Shown piece by piece: positions 48,554 through 57,676 of a stretch of 64,000 nucleotides of DNA. The notes under the pieces were generated by a model. It made no database searches. It worked only from the letters and a program-made list of their open reading frames with translations, and was not told the origin of the DNA. Positions within the stretch are counted from its first letter, which is position 1. Each line of letters begins with the position of its first letter. The stretch comes from Actinomycetes bacterium. Lineage in GTDB: Bacteria; Actinomycetota; Actinomycetes; S36-B12; UBA5976. The position numbers were made by a program, and so were the translations under genes. The stretch covers positions 48,639 through 112,638 of the forward strand of contig JBAXRV010000001.1 in assembly GCA_037131045.1 (NCBI GenBank). Direction: 5' to 3'.

Positions 48554-49825
48554 ATGTCGGAACGCGACGTTGAAGTTGTTATTGTCGGTGGCGGTCAAGC
48601 AGGTATCGCAATGAGTGAACACTTGAGCGCAAGCGGGGTGTCGCATGTGGTTCTGGAACGCAATCGGATTGCAGAACGCTGGCGTTCTGAGCGATGGGAT
48701 TCGTTAGTTGCAAACGGCCCAGCGTGGCACGACCGTTTTCCGGGTATGGAATTCGAAGGCGCTGATCCAGACGAATTTGTCACCAAGCAACAGTTCGTTG
48801 ATTACTTAGTCGGTTATGCCGAAAAGTTTAAAGCTCCGATTCATACAGGTGTTGAGGTTCATTCGGTTCGCAAACAAGACCACGGTGCGGGATTTATTGT
48901 CGACACAACCGAAGGAACATTCACAGCTCGTTACGTTGTTGCGGCAACTGGACCATTTCAAAAACCTGCGATTCCTCCCGTTATCCCACAGAGCACGGGC
49001 ATCGTGCAGATTCACTCATCGGCTTATTACAACCCGCAACAACTTCCTGATGGTGCTGTGCTCGTCGTCGGTGCAGGATCCTCTGGAGTTCAAATTGCTG
49101 ACGAGCTTCGCAAGTCTGGGCGCGAGGTGTATCTGTCGGTTGGTGAACACGATCGCCCACCACGCCGATATCGTGGCCGCGACAATGTCTGGTGGCTTGG
49201 AGTATTAGGTAAGTGGGAATTGTCTACGCCACCGGCTGGTGCTGAACATGTGACGATTGCAGTCAGTGGAGCTAATGGCGGTAATACCGTTGATTTCCGC
49301 AACTTGGCTGCAAGTGGCATCACACTTGTTGGTCTTACCGACTCTTATCAAAATGGTGTCATCACATTTAGAAACGACCTTGCGCACAACATTGCTCGCG
49401 GTGATGCGAATTATTTGTCAGTGTTGGATGAAGCAGATGCCTTTATTGCTCGAAACGAATTGGATTTCCCCGATGAACCCCAGGCTCGAATTTTTGGTCC
49501 AACTCCCGAATGTGTGACACATCCAATTTTGGAATTAGATATTGCACACGCCGGAATTGGATCTGTCATCTGGGCTACTGGCTACACAGTTGATTACAGT
49601 TGGCTGAAAGTTGATGCAGTCGATGCCGATGGTAAGCCAAAGCAACAACGTGGTGTTTCGAGTGAACCCGGTATCTATTTCCTTGGTTTAGCGTGGCTAT
49701 CTCGTCGCGGCTCACCATTTCTTTGGGGTGTGTGGCACGATGCGAAATATATCGCTGATCACATTGCGATTCAGCGCGGATACTTGGCCTACCAAGGGAC
49801 AGCTCGACGCATCACCACTACGTGA
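48554..49825 (+). CDS. Flavin-dependent (FMO/CzcO-like) NAD(P)/FAD oxidoreductase
   Basis: There are two dinucleotide-binding motifs (VVIVGGGQAGIA and VLVVGAGSSGVQIA). I chose the ATG at 48554 (GGAGGA SD), because the 48-codon upstream extension in the track has no coding character. Confidence 0.7.
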   Translation: MSERDVEVVIVGGGQAGIAMSEHLSASGVSHVVLERNRIAERWRSERWDSLVANGPAWHDRFPGMEFEGADPDEFVTKQQFVDYLVGYAEKFKAPIHTGVEVHSVRKQDHGAGFIVDTTEGTFTARYVVAATGPFQKPAIPPVIPQSTGIVQIHSSAYYNPQQLPDGAVLVVGAGSSGVQIADELRKSGREVYLSVGEHDRPPRRYRGRDNVWWLGVLGKWELSTPPAGAEHVTIAVSGANGGNTVDFRNLAASGITLVGLTDSYQNGVITFRNDLAHNIARGDANYLSVLDEADAFIARNELDFPDEPQARIFGPTPECVTHPILELDIAHAGIGSVIWATGYTVDYSWLKVDAVDADGKPKQQRGVSSEPGIYFLGLAWLSRRGSPFLWGVWHDAKYIADHIAIQRGYLAYQGTARRITTT

Positions 49826-50002
49826 TACTCCCCATTGTGTGCTGACGGTAAGTGGCTGTGATGGCTCTGTTGTGCTCGCCGCGTAAGAGTGTTATTAGGA
49901 CAACGCTGTGTGAGCGCATTGTGCCTAAAACAATGAGTTTTTTGCTTATCCCAGGCGTTGACACAATTTGAGCACCTGCTTTAAACCTGTACCGTAGAAC
50001 CT

Positions 50003-51160
50003 ATGTCGGCTACCGAAGTTCTGCGACGCGCGCGCCAATCTTCGCCCAAGCTTGTTGTAACGGCGCTCTTGTTCGCGGTTTTAACGTCGAATACGGCGCG
50101 TGATACTCAAAGTCAGACTGTGGTCCCGTCGCCATCGCCAACCCCAACACCGTCAATCGTTACTCCTTCAGTGGAACCCACCCCTATCGCCACAGAAGCT
50201 GGTTCGCCATCACTCACATTCTCGACCTATAACATTGCCAAACCCACGAATACAGAAGTGCCGGCCTGGGGTAAACGTCGGTTGGCTATTGCTCGGACAA
50301 TAAATGAATCGAGTGCAGATGTCGTTGGTGTCGAAGAGGCAACTGCCCTCTGGGTAGTCGGTGACGGGGGCAAACGCGTACGTCACTGGGAAGATGTCCA
50401 GGAGCTAGTTCAAAAGGGTGGATACAAATCTGCTACCCCCCAAGTTAATAACTGTAGTTACAGCTCGCATTGCATTCATTCAGCACACGTGCTCTTTAAT
50501 ACCAAAACTGTTAAACAGGTGATGCTGCCAGATGGCCTACCTTCAGCGGGCCAAGGTGTTCTGGGCGATATCGCGAAAGGGTTAAAGTACGCACCTCGGC
50601 GTGAGTTTAGTTGGGCGTACCTACAAGGACTTAATGGAACAGGAACTTTTCTAACAATATGCTTGCATTTAAACAACGAAAAGAGCGCCGTCGGAAAAGC
50701 TGATCGAGCGCTCGTCGGTATGAAAATGACACGGTGGGCTACAGAGCTCAATAAGAAATCGGGGCTCGTCGGGACCCCCATGATTCTTATGGGAGACTTC
50801 AATTCGTTTGAGGCTCGCGAGCCTCGCGGGATGGCCTACCAACTTCAAAAAGCCGGCTGGACTGATTCTTTCGATGCTGCGCCAGATGATCTTAAATTTA
50901 ATTACAAGGCCTACACAACCTCGTACACCCGAAGCAACATGTCGGGATGGCCGAAAAAACCAATTATGTCGAAGAACCCTGTTCGCATCGATTACATTAT
51001 GTATCGCGGTAAGGGTCTGCGCGCCGATGTGTATGCGGTGGCTCTTAATCTTAAAAAAGATGGAAGTTTCGATAACAACTACCGAGGCTCCGATCACATC
51101 ATGGTGCAGTCAGTAATTCATTTTGATGATGCCCCCGGTATCGCTAGTCCCACGCCCTAA
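50003..51160 (+). CDS. Secreted endonuclease/exonuclease/phosphatase (EEP) family protein
   Basis: The ORF has an N-terminal signal/anchor, a Pro/Ser/Thr linker and EEP motifs (TYNI, GVEEA, GDFNS, SDHIMV). Confidence 0.7.
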   Translation: MSATEVLRRARQSSPKLVVTALLFAVLTSNTARDTQSQTVVPSPSPTPTPSIVTPSVEPTPIATEAGSPSLTFSTYNIAKPTNTEVPAWGKRRLAIARTINESSADVVGVEEATALWVVGDGGKRVRHWEDVQELVQKGGYKSATPQVNNCSYSSHCIHSAHVLFNTKTVKQVMLPDGLPSAGQGVLGDIAKGLKYAPRREFSWAYLQGLNGTGTFLTICLHLNNEKSAVGKADRALVGMKMTRWATELNKKSGLVGTPMILMGDFNSFEAREPRGMAYQLQKAGWTDSFDAAPDDLKFNYKAYTTSYTRSNMSGWPKKPIMSKNPVRIDYIMYRGKGLRADVYAVALNLKKDGSFDNNYRGSDHIMVQSVIHFDDAPGIASPTP

Positions 51161-51209
51161 CTTGCGCTCTTGTTTTGCATGAGGCTCGATGTGATACAAA
51201 ATACTCATT

Positions 51210-51536
51210 ATGAGATTTCTTATTTGTGTCATTGATGACACAACCCATTCGGCCACAAGCGATGAGATGGAGAAAATCGACGAGTTCAATGAGTTACTTC
51301 GCGTCAATGGACATTGGATTTTTGCATGTGGAATTGATTCGCCGAGCACCGCTCGGGTTATTGACAACCGCGGTGCAGTGGGATTGAACGCGGTCGGCCC
51401 ACTTTTCGATCACACTGAATATGTCAGCGGGTTGTGGATTGTGGAAGCCGAGAATAGTGATCATGCTCAGCAACTAGCCTTGGCAGGTTCTCAGGCGTGT
51501 AATCGTAAAGTTGAGCTTCGGCCGCTGTTGGCTTAG
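51210..51536 (+). CDS. YciI family protein
   Basis: The 108-aa ORF begins MRFLICV, with later ...GLWIVEAENSDHAQQLA... typical of the YCII fold. Confidence 0.65.
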   Translation: MRFLICVIDDTTHSATSDEMEKIDEFNELLRVNGHWIFACGIDSPSTARVIDNRGAVGLNAVGPLFDHTEYVSGLWIVEAENSDHAQQLALAGSQACNRKVELRPLLA

Positions 51537-51578
51537 TGAAAAGTTGCCCGACTGCTGCATCAGGGTGAGGATAGAACC

Positions 51579-52070
51579 ATGAGCCAGCCATCTTCAATTT
51601 ACGACCTGTCATATACAGACATTCACGGAAATCCGGTTCCGTTGTCCAGTGTGGCGGGCAAGCCACTTCTCATCGTAAACACGGCAAGTAAGTGCGGATT
51701 CACGCCGCAATATGAGGGGTTACAAAAACTTCATGAAGAATTTAAGGACGCCGGCTTAGTGGTTTTGGGATTTCCCTGCGACCAATTTGCACATCAAGAA
51801 CCTGGAACTGCCAGCGAAATCGGCGAGTTTTGCCAGATGAACTACGGCGTAACGTTCCCACTAGCTGAAAAAACTGATGTTAATGGTTCACAGACGAATC
51901 CGATTTTTCAATTCCTTAAATCGCACGCAAGTGGATTACTAGGTTCCACAATCAAATGGAACTTTACGAAATTTCTAGTTGCCTCAGATGGCGTGACCGT
52001 TAAGCGCTACGCACCAAGTACTACTCCGGAATCACTTCGTCAAGACATCGAGTCTGCGCTAAGCAAGTAA
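51579..52070 (+). CDS. Glutathione peroxidase (Cys type)
   Basis: The ORF carries NTASKCGFTPQY, LGFPCDQF and WNFTKFLV. The active-site residue is a TGC Cys codon. Confidence 0.9.
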   Translation: MSQPSSIYDLSYTDIHGNPVPLSSVAGKPLLIVNTASKCGFTPQYEGLQKLHEEFKDAGLVVLGFPCDQFAHQEPGTASEIGEFCQMNYGVTFPLAEKTDVNGSQTNPIFQFLKSHASGLLGSTIKWNFTKFLVASDGVTVKRYAPSTTPESLRQDIESALSK

Positions 52071-52105
52071 GTACGTTCAATCAACTTTGGGGAATGCATG
52101 CTACG

Positions 52106-54124
52106 TTAGCTCAAAGAAATAACGTCAAGACTTTCAACTTTTGTGCTGCCGATGACATTTGTTGCGGTAACCGAACATTTGTAGTGGGCTCCCAAAGTGA
52201 CCACGGGAGCCTTGGGGATCACGTAGGTGGTTGCTGTCGCGCCACTAAGTGGGACGCCATCCTTAAACCATTGGTAGGCAACAGTGCCAGGTGCATCGTA
52301 GTACTTTGCCCAGTTGCGATCGGTTTCCCAAACAGGTGTTACACAGGTCAGCTTCTTTTTCTTTGCAGTTGTTGCTACCTTCGCACCGCCCTTGATGAGA
52401 GGTTTCATCGCAAAACCTTTGATTTGTGGACGTATCTCAGTAACAGCGTGCGTGCTGGTGTTGATTGTACGTAACGCCGTATGTGGTTTGCTCACCAAAG
52501 CGACATCAGAAAATACACCTTTTACAATTTCCCCCGAGCCACTTTCCTGCTGCGAGTTGTATCCTCCGAACAGTTGGTCGGTATTTAGTGTTTGGCCAAG
52601 TGTGGCCAGAGTAGTTTTGTAAATTGCTCGACCATCAGTCCAAAATAGTGCCGAGGAGTATTCATCCAATGACAAGCCTTCTGGGCTACTTCCCCAAGGA
52701 ACATCGTGGCTAAATGTTTTAGTTGTGAGGTTCAAATCATCTCCGCCTGGGGTTCCAGTGAGATTTGCATACGAAATAGCTTGCGTGCCCGCAGCGCCAC
52801 CTGAGTTGTCATAGTTTGTGTAGTACAGCCTGCTCGGAGAACCTAACTTATCTACAACTAAGAAATTGGGAGATGCTGTGTGGGCAACTCCAAGATTGAG
52901 AAAGCCACTCGAGCTTTTTGCTGCTGAGGCCCCATTTTTGTACCACTCAATAAACCCGTTTCCGTATCTATCGTCGGAAATGTAGAAAGTTGATGTGCTT
53001 GAGTCAAATGTGACTGTGTTTGGCCCCTGGCCTGGACCTCCTGCCGCATTGACAGTAGCTCCCCCGTAGGTTTTGGGTAAGGCTTTTTTGGGCGCTGCTG
53101 CTTTGGTGTAGACAAGCGATCGACAGTAAAGGCAGGTAGCTCCTGCGTTAGGAACCAGCCTGTAAAGTTGGCCGTTAATTTGCTTAAACTGCGGGTCGAA
53201 CAGGGCAGGGTCTTTGCTATCTATCAACGATGCATAGTCGACCATGTACAAGGTTTGACTTTTTGAATCAAATGCCATGCCCCAAGGGCTATTAAAGGAA
53301 TCGCATTGTGGCGACGAAGCGGATGCTAGCCCACAAAGTTGTTGCCCAAGGGCGTTAACCGTGTAGTCATTTGCGGAGGTCATCATGGTGACTTTGCCGT
53401 TTGTTAGGTATGTGAATGTTGTCGCATTAACAATGCGATTAACTCGAAAAATCCCAAGATATTTTTTACTGCTGCATGAATTAGGGCAGATCGTTTGTGA
53501 GTTTACGGACATATAATCATCTACATGGAGTAAATGAGGAGTGGCCAGAGTGACAGTGATCTCAGATACAGTGGCTCCTGTTTCTGCCAAAATAAAGTCT
53601 GCGAAGGTAAAGGCTGATTGTGCGAGTTGAGTTCCTAAAGTGGGGTCAAGTCGAAGTCGAGCAATTCCGCCCCCAGTGCCGTAAAAGAAATTTACTTCGT
53701 TGAGCGATTGGGGATTTACACCTTCTGGGCATGGTTGCAGCGTGCCGTCGGTGTCTTTGTATACGCATGAAGGATAAGCACGTTCACCGCCGTTCAAATC
53801 ATTGATGTAAATTGAATTTCTCGCTGTATCGACAGCTAACCCGCCACCGTATTCTGTTAGTGGGTCTAATGGTGGCTCTGGGAGTCTATCGACTTTCGCT
53901 TGAGTGTCCGTTGTGAAATCAAGCATCGTGACAGGTGGTTCATTTTCGCAACCGGGCGCTGTCTTGAAGTATTGGATTGCATTCCAATACCCGACGTGCA
54001 CGTATAAGCGGTCGGAATCAGCAGGGCATACGCCTGCGTCCGCGGTCGAAGGGCCACTCTGGCTCAGGCCCATACCTAACGACAATGCTAAGGCGCACAT
54101 AACCCCCGCAACTTTGCGCAACAT
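52106..54124 (-). CDS. Secreted Cys-rich beta-propeller (YWTD/NHL-like blades) protein with a C-terminal Ig-like domain
   Basis: The signal peptide is MLRKVAGVMCALALSLGMGLSQSGPSTADA. The repeated blade motifs are SIYINDLN, TLYMVDYA, TFYISDDR, RLYYTNYD and ALFWTDGR. There are many paired Cys residues. The C-terminus reads YQWFKDGVPLSGATATTY...YKCSVTATNVIGS. I chose the ATG at 54124 (GGAGAG SD). Confidence 0.6.
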   Translation of the reverse strand: MLRKVAGVMCALALSLGMGLSQSGPSTADAGVCPADSDRLYVHVGYWNAIQYFKTAPGCENEPPVTMLDFTTDTQAKVDRLPEPPLDPLTEYGGGLAVDTARNSIYINDLNGGERAYPSCVYKDTDGTLQPCPEGVNPQSLNEVNFFYGTGGGIARLRLDPTLGTQLAQSAFTFADFILAETGATVSEITVTLATPHLLHVDDYMSVNSQTICPNSCSSKKYLGIFRVNRIVNATTFTYLTNGKVTMMTSANDYTVNALGQQLCGLASASSPQCDSFNSPWGMAFDSKSQTLYMVDYASLIDSKDPALFDPQFKQINGQLYRLVPNAGATCLYCRSLVYTKAAAPKKALPKTYGGATVNAAGGPGQGPNTVTFDSSTSTFYISDDRYGNGFIEWYKNGASAAKSSSGFLNLGVAHTASPNFLVVDKLGSPSRLYYTNYDNSGGAAGTQAISYANLTGTPGGDDLNLTTKTFSHDVPWGSSPEGLSLDEYSSALFWTDGRAIYKTTLATLGQTLNTDQLFGGYNSQQESGSGEIVKGVFSDVALVSKPHTALRTINTSTHAVTEIRPQIKGFAMKPLIKGGAKVATTAKKKKLTCVTPVWETDRNWAKYYDAPGTVAYQWFKDGVPLSGATATTYVIPKAPVVTLGAHYKCSVTATNVIGSTKVESLDVISLS

Positions 54125-54280
54125 AACACTCTCCAAATAATCGTTGGGATAAATATACCTAAATCTAAATACACATTTTACTATTTAGACAGTTCTTGTA
54201 TGGAAATGTTGGGAATCAAAGACATCTTTCACGTCCCAAGGCGCATTTGCCCAGATTCTCGCAACCAGCCAGCCATTTAG

Positions 54281-55483
54281 CTACCCATTATTGAAATGAG
54301 CAGCAACTACGTCGAATGGCAGCCTCCAACTCTCTTTATAGATCAAAGGCAGGGCTGTTGCCCCGGTACCAATGGATAGACCCACGTGGGCAAGCGTCTT
54401 GAATTGCTCAGGGGATGCAACCGAGTCGCTGAGCCCTGAGTTTTCGTAGAAAGCATCAACAGTTTCCGCTTGTTTGCCTAACAGTTCTTCGTCATGCCAA
54501 GTTAACCGCAGTTGCTCAAGAAGCAAGGCACGTTGTAGTTCACGTCCCGGTTTCTGGAACTCGCGGATTGCTACGGCTTCAGCAATTTCCCGGCTGGACT
54601 TTTGTTCAATCATCCGCAGGTACTCTTCATTGGCTGCCAATGCGGTTTCATTTTGTAGTCGCGTCGCTTCGAGAAAAAGTTCTTTTTTTGTGGCGAAACG
54701 ACTAAACAAAGCACCCTGGGAGCAGTTAGCTGTGGCCACAATTTTTTCTACACTCGCATGCAGATAACCTTCTTGCGCCACATGACGAAGTACCGAATCG
54801 ATCAACGCATTGAGTATCGAATCACCAGTATTCACATGAGTGATGACATTCAGATGAGGCGCCGCCACCTCCGGCAAGTCGATAGGTTCGTGTGCTTGGG
54901 CAAATGTCCGAGCGTACTCCTGGAATACCCACGAGCAATCTAAGGCACGGGCTCCAGGTCGATGCGAAAACAATATGAGCCCAAGGCCCATCATGATGAT
55001 CCATGCCCGCCGCGCCGCTAAAGCTGGCGTGATGTCCGGCGACGGGACACATAATGAGTTGTACCAAGGCGTGAGTGACTCCTGGATTGCACGGCTAAGT
55101 TCTTCATCAAACTGTGAGTCAAGAAAAAGTTCTACTCCGGCCAGTAGTAAGTGATCAGGGCGCTGAAAGCGAGCGCACGCCTTCACAAACTCGGCAACAT
55201 TTTGCGGTTCATCTAGAAGCCCCGCGTACGTCATGGCTTGATTGAGACTCGTGATGAGTTCTGGACCAACGAGGTCTTTCCACAAAGCAATGGAGAGCTC
55301 GGTGACATCATGAAAGCGATCTTGAATCGGTCGACGCGATAATCCTGCCTCGTTGGCAACGCGCAAGAAACTCAAACCAATTGGTCCATTTTGGGCAGCC
55401 GAACGTGCAGCAGCATCGAGAACACGCGCATGGTTGCGTGCCAGCCGAGCTTGCGGGGCACGCTGCCGAGTCTCCTGAACCAC
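54281..55483 (-). CDS. Tandem-duplicated TetR family regulator (two TetR modules in one chain)
   Basis: HTH 1 reads LSFLRVANEAGLSRRPIQDRFHDVTEL (track aa about 80-106). HTH 2 reads ASVEKIVATANCSQGALFSRFATKKELF (aa about 286-313). Each is followed by a helical domain of about 130-140 aa. I chose the GTG at 55483, because the track start at 55612 would overlap the divergent mutase gene. Confidence 0.65.
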   Translation of the reverse strand: MVQETRQRAPQARLARNHARVLDAAARSAAQNGPIGLSFLRVANEAGLSRRPIQDRFHDVTELSIALWKDLVGPELITSLNQAMTYAGLLDEPQNVAEFVKACARFQRPDHLLLAGVELFLDSQFDEELSRAIQESLTPWYNSLCVPSPDITPALAARRAWIIMMGLGLILFSHRPGARALDCSWVFQEYARTFAQAHEPIDLPEVAAPHLNVITHVNTGDSILNALIDSVLRHVAQEGYLHASVEKIVATANCSQGALFSRFATKKELFLEATRLQNETALAANEEYLRMIEQKSSREIAEAVAIREFQKPGRELQRALLLEQLRLTWHDEELLGKQAETVDAFYENSGLSDSVASPEQFKTLAHVGLSIGTGATALPLIYKESWRLPFDVVAAHFNNG

Positions 55484-55548
55484 CCTTAAATTGTATGCAT
55501 TAGTGCATTCAGGCGCTTGGTCAGAAATAACAATCAGATAAAAAATGC

Positions 55549-57261
55549 ATGGAACAATGCGGTATGAACCTAAATGCGCAGCTGAGTGAATTAGCCCAGA
55601 GTTGGATTGCACAAGACCCCGATCCAGTGACGAGAACCGAGCTCTCGGATCTGCTCGCTGCTGCTGCCTCGGACACTAGTGCGTTGGCACAGCTTCAAGA
55701 CGCGTTCCTTGCCCCCTTGCAATTTGGAACTGCGGGCCTTCGAGGCAAGCTTGGTGCCGGGCCGAATCGCATGAACCGAGTCGTTGTCATTCAAGCCGCA
55801 GCTGGCTTGGCGCGGTACTTAATCGACAAAGGCCTGGCTGGTCAGCCGATTGTGATTGGGTATGACGCACGATTCAATAGCGATGTTTTTGCTTTGGATT
55901 CAGCTGATGTCTTGGCTGCTGCAGGGTTCAAGCCATTGGTCTTTAATCATTTTGTCCCGACACCCGTTTTAGCTTTCGCAATTCGTGACCAAAATTGCTG
56001 CGCTGGGATTATGGTGACCGCGAGTCATAATCCACCGCAAGACAATGGTTACAAGGTCTACCTTGGGGACGGGCATCAAATTGTGTCACCAGCGGATCAA
56101 GAAATCTCGGAATGCATTCGTGACATTAAGGATATTAAAAGCGTTTCACTCACGCGTAGTTTTCAAGAAGTCGAAAGTGATTGTGAGGCCCGCTACATTG
56201 TGTCATTGGCGCAAGCTATTCACTCTGGACCGACTACGGCTGAACAGCGCGGCGACGTAGTGAGTGTTTACACGGCGATGCATGGTGTTGGTTGGGAGGC
56301 AGTGCGTGAAGCATGTGTGGCTGCCGACTTTAAGGAACCCATAGCTGTTGCGCAACAACGTGATCCTGATCCTCGCTTCCCCACTGTGGCATTCCCCAAT
56401 CCGGAGGAAAAGGGCGCCCTTGATCTTGCAATTGCCTGTGCGAATCAGAATCAGGCAGACATTCTTATTGCAAATGATCCCGATGCAGATCGGCTTGCGG
56501 TGGCGCTTCCGCTAGGCAGTGGCGAGTGGAAGACATTGCATGGCGATCAAGTAGGTGCGTTGCTGGCATGGTGGGTGATTGAACGAGCCCGTCGATGCGA
56601 TCAAGTGCTGCATGGAAAATTTGCCAGCTCAATTGTCTCATCCATGTTGATGGAGCTCATTGCTCACGATGCACATCTGGATTACGTAACAACATTGACA
56701 GGATTCAAATGGGTATCTCGAGTTGATGACCTCATTTTTGGCTACGAGGAAGCGTTGGGCTATTGCGTTAATCCACGCTATGTCGGCGACAAGGATGGCG
56801 TGTCTGCAGCAACATTCATTCTTGAGATGGCTGCGGCTCTCAAAGATGAAGGCCGCACTATGTGGGACGTGCTTGATCTGATTGCTACTCGATTTGGATT
56901 ACACATCAGTGATCAGATTTCAGTCAAAGTGAGTCGCGTAGATCAAGTACACACCGTGATGGCCGGATTAAGGACATCGCAACCAACTGCCTTTGGATCG
57001 TTTTCAGTTCAGGAGTTTCGTGATCTGGCAAATGCGACTGATCAGTTACCCGCAACAGACGGTGTGATTTTTATGTTGCGTGGCTCGGGCGAGATCAAGA
57101 AAGCTCGCGTTATTGTGCGGCCCAGCGGGACTGAGCCAAAAATCAAATGCTATTTAGAAGTAGTGAGTACAACACAGGACTTAGAAATAGCTGAGCAGCA
57201 GGCGCGCGCAGCATTGGATGAACTTGCTCGAGCGGCAGAACCGCTACTGCAAGGAAAATAG
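55549..57261 (+). CDS. Phospho-sugar mutase (alpha-D-phosphohexomutase superfamily)
   Basis: The active-site Ser loop is TASHNPPQDNGYKVY, the metal loop is NDPDADR and the sugar loop is GYEEALGY. An alternative start is the ATG at 55564. Confidence 0.88.
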   Translation: MEQCGMNLNAQLSELAQSWIAQDPDPVTRTELSDLLAAAASDTSALAQLQDAFLAPLQFGTAGLRGKLGAGPNRMNRVVVIQAAAGLARYLIDKGLAGQPIVIGYDARFNSDVFALDSADVLAAAGFKPLVFNHFVPTPVLAFAIRDQNCCAGIMVTASHNPPQDNGYKVYLGDGHQIVSPADQEISECIRDIKDIKSVSLTRSFQEVESDCEARYIVSLAQAIHSGPTTAEQRGDVVSVYTAMHGVGWEAVREACVAADFKEPIAVAQQRDPDPRFPTVAFPNPEEKGALDLAIACANQNQADILIANDPDADRLAVALPLGSGEWKTLHGDQVGALLAWWVIERARRCDQVLHGKFASSIVSSMLMELIAHDAHLDYVTTLTGFKWVSRVDDLIFGYEEALGYCVNPRYVGDKDGVSAATFILEMAAALKDEGRTMWDVLDLIATRFGLHISDQISVKVSRVDQVHTVMAGLRTSQPTAFGSFSVQEFRDLANATDQLPATDGVIFMLRGSGEIKKARVIVRPSGTEPKIKCYLEVVSTTQDLEIAEQQARAALDELARAAEPLLQGK

Positions 57262-57271
57262 TTACAGGCTT

Positions 57272-57625
57272 TTAATCTTCTTCGCGATTCACCGAGTCAG
57301 GCGAAAACGCGGGCACGCAAATTGACACGTATTGCGAATCTTCGGGTGACGAGTAACGCACCCGTTCGCCCTTGTGAGCTATGAAAGCCTGACCTGCGTT
57401 GATTAGTGACGAGCCAGCCGGATGCTCCACCAAAATGGATCCCGTTGTGACGATTGTGTATTCATCAAATTCAGGTGTCTGAAATGGCTCAGTCCAACCA
57501 GCAGGAGCCTGCATGATCGCAACGGATACATTTTCGTCTTTTGAATTAACGCGCCCGATGTATTCGCTGATGGATTTTCCACCAGGTACCGGAATCAAAG
57601 TGGGATTGAGAATGAATTCAGACAT
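57272..57625 (-). CDS. Cupin domain protein
   Basis: This 117-aa small beta-barrel has a pattern typical of single-domain cupins (EYTIVTTGSILVEHPAG...GERVRY). Confidence 0.55.
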   Translation of the reverse strand: MSEFILNPTLIPVPGGKSISEYIGRVNSKDENVSVAIMQAPAGWTEPFQTPEFDEYTIVTTGSILVEHPAGSSLINAGQAFIAHKGERVRYSSPEDSQYVSICVPAFSPDSVNREED

Positions 57626-57676
57626 GCAATAAGCGTAGTGACTCGAGTGTCAAAGGTTTCTTTCGGTTACTTGTAC

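Noticed and set aside
51579-52070. A possible selenocysteine in the glutathione peroxidase.
   Set aside because: The active-site codon is TGC (Cys) within NTASKCGF. There is no in-frame TGA and no SECIS-like element.
54201-54281. A 26-codon plus-strand ORF (MEMLGIKDIFHVPRRICPDSRNQPAI) in the spacer between the propeller gene and the TetR gene.
   Set aside because: It has no SD and no recognisable motif, and it abuts the TetR stop codon (54281-54283, opposite strand). The support is insufficient.
55484-55612. The upstream 43 codons of the TetR ORF as listed in the track (start at 55612).
   Set aside because: This start would overlap the divergent mutase gene by 50-64 bp. The translation (…YRIVPCIFYLIVISDQ…) is not TetR-like. 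The GTG at 55483 leaves a normal lead-in of about 17 aa to helix 1.
48269-57625. A prophage or integrative element inserted at tRNA-Leu.
   Set aside because: I found no integrase, recombinase, phage structural gene or repeat of the tRNA 3' end by reading the region. It is kept only as a low-interest variable-region note.
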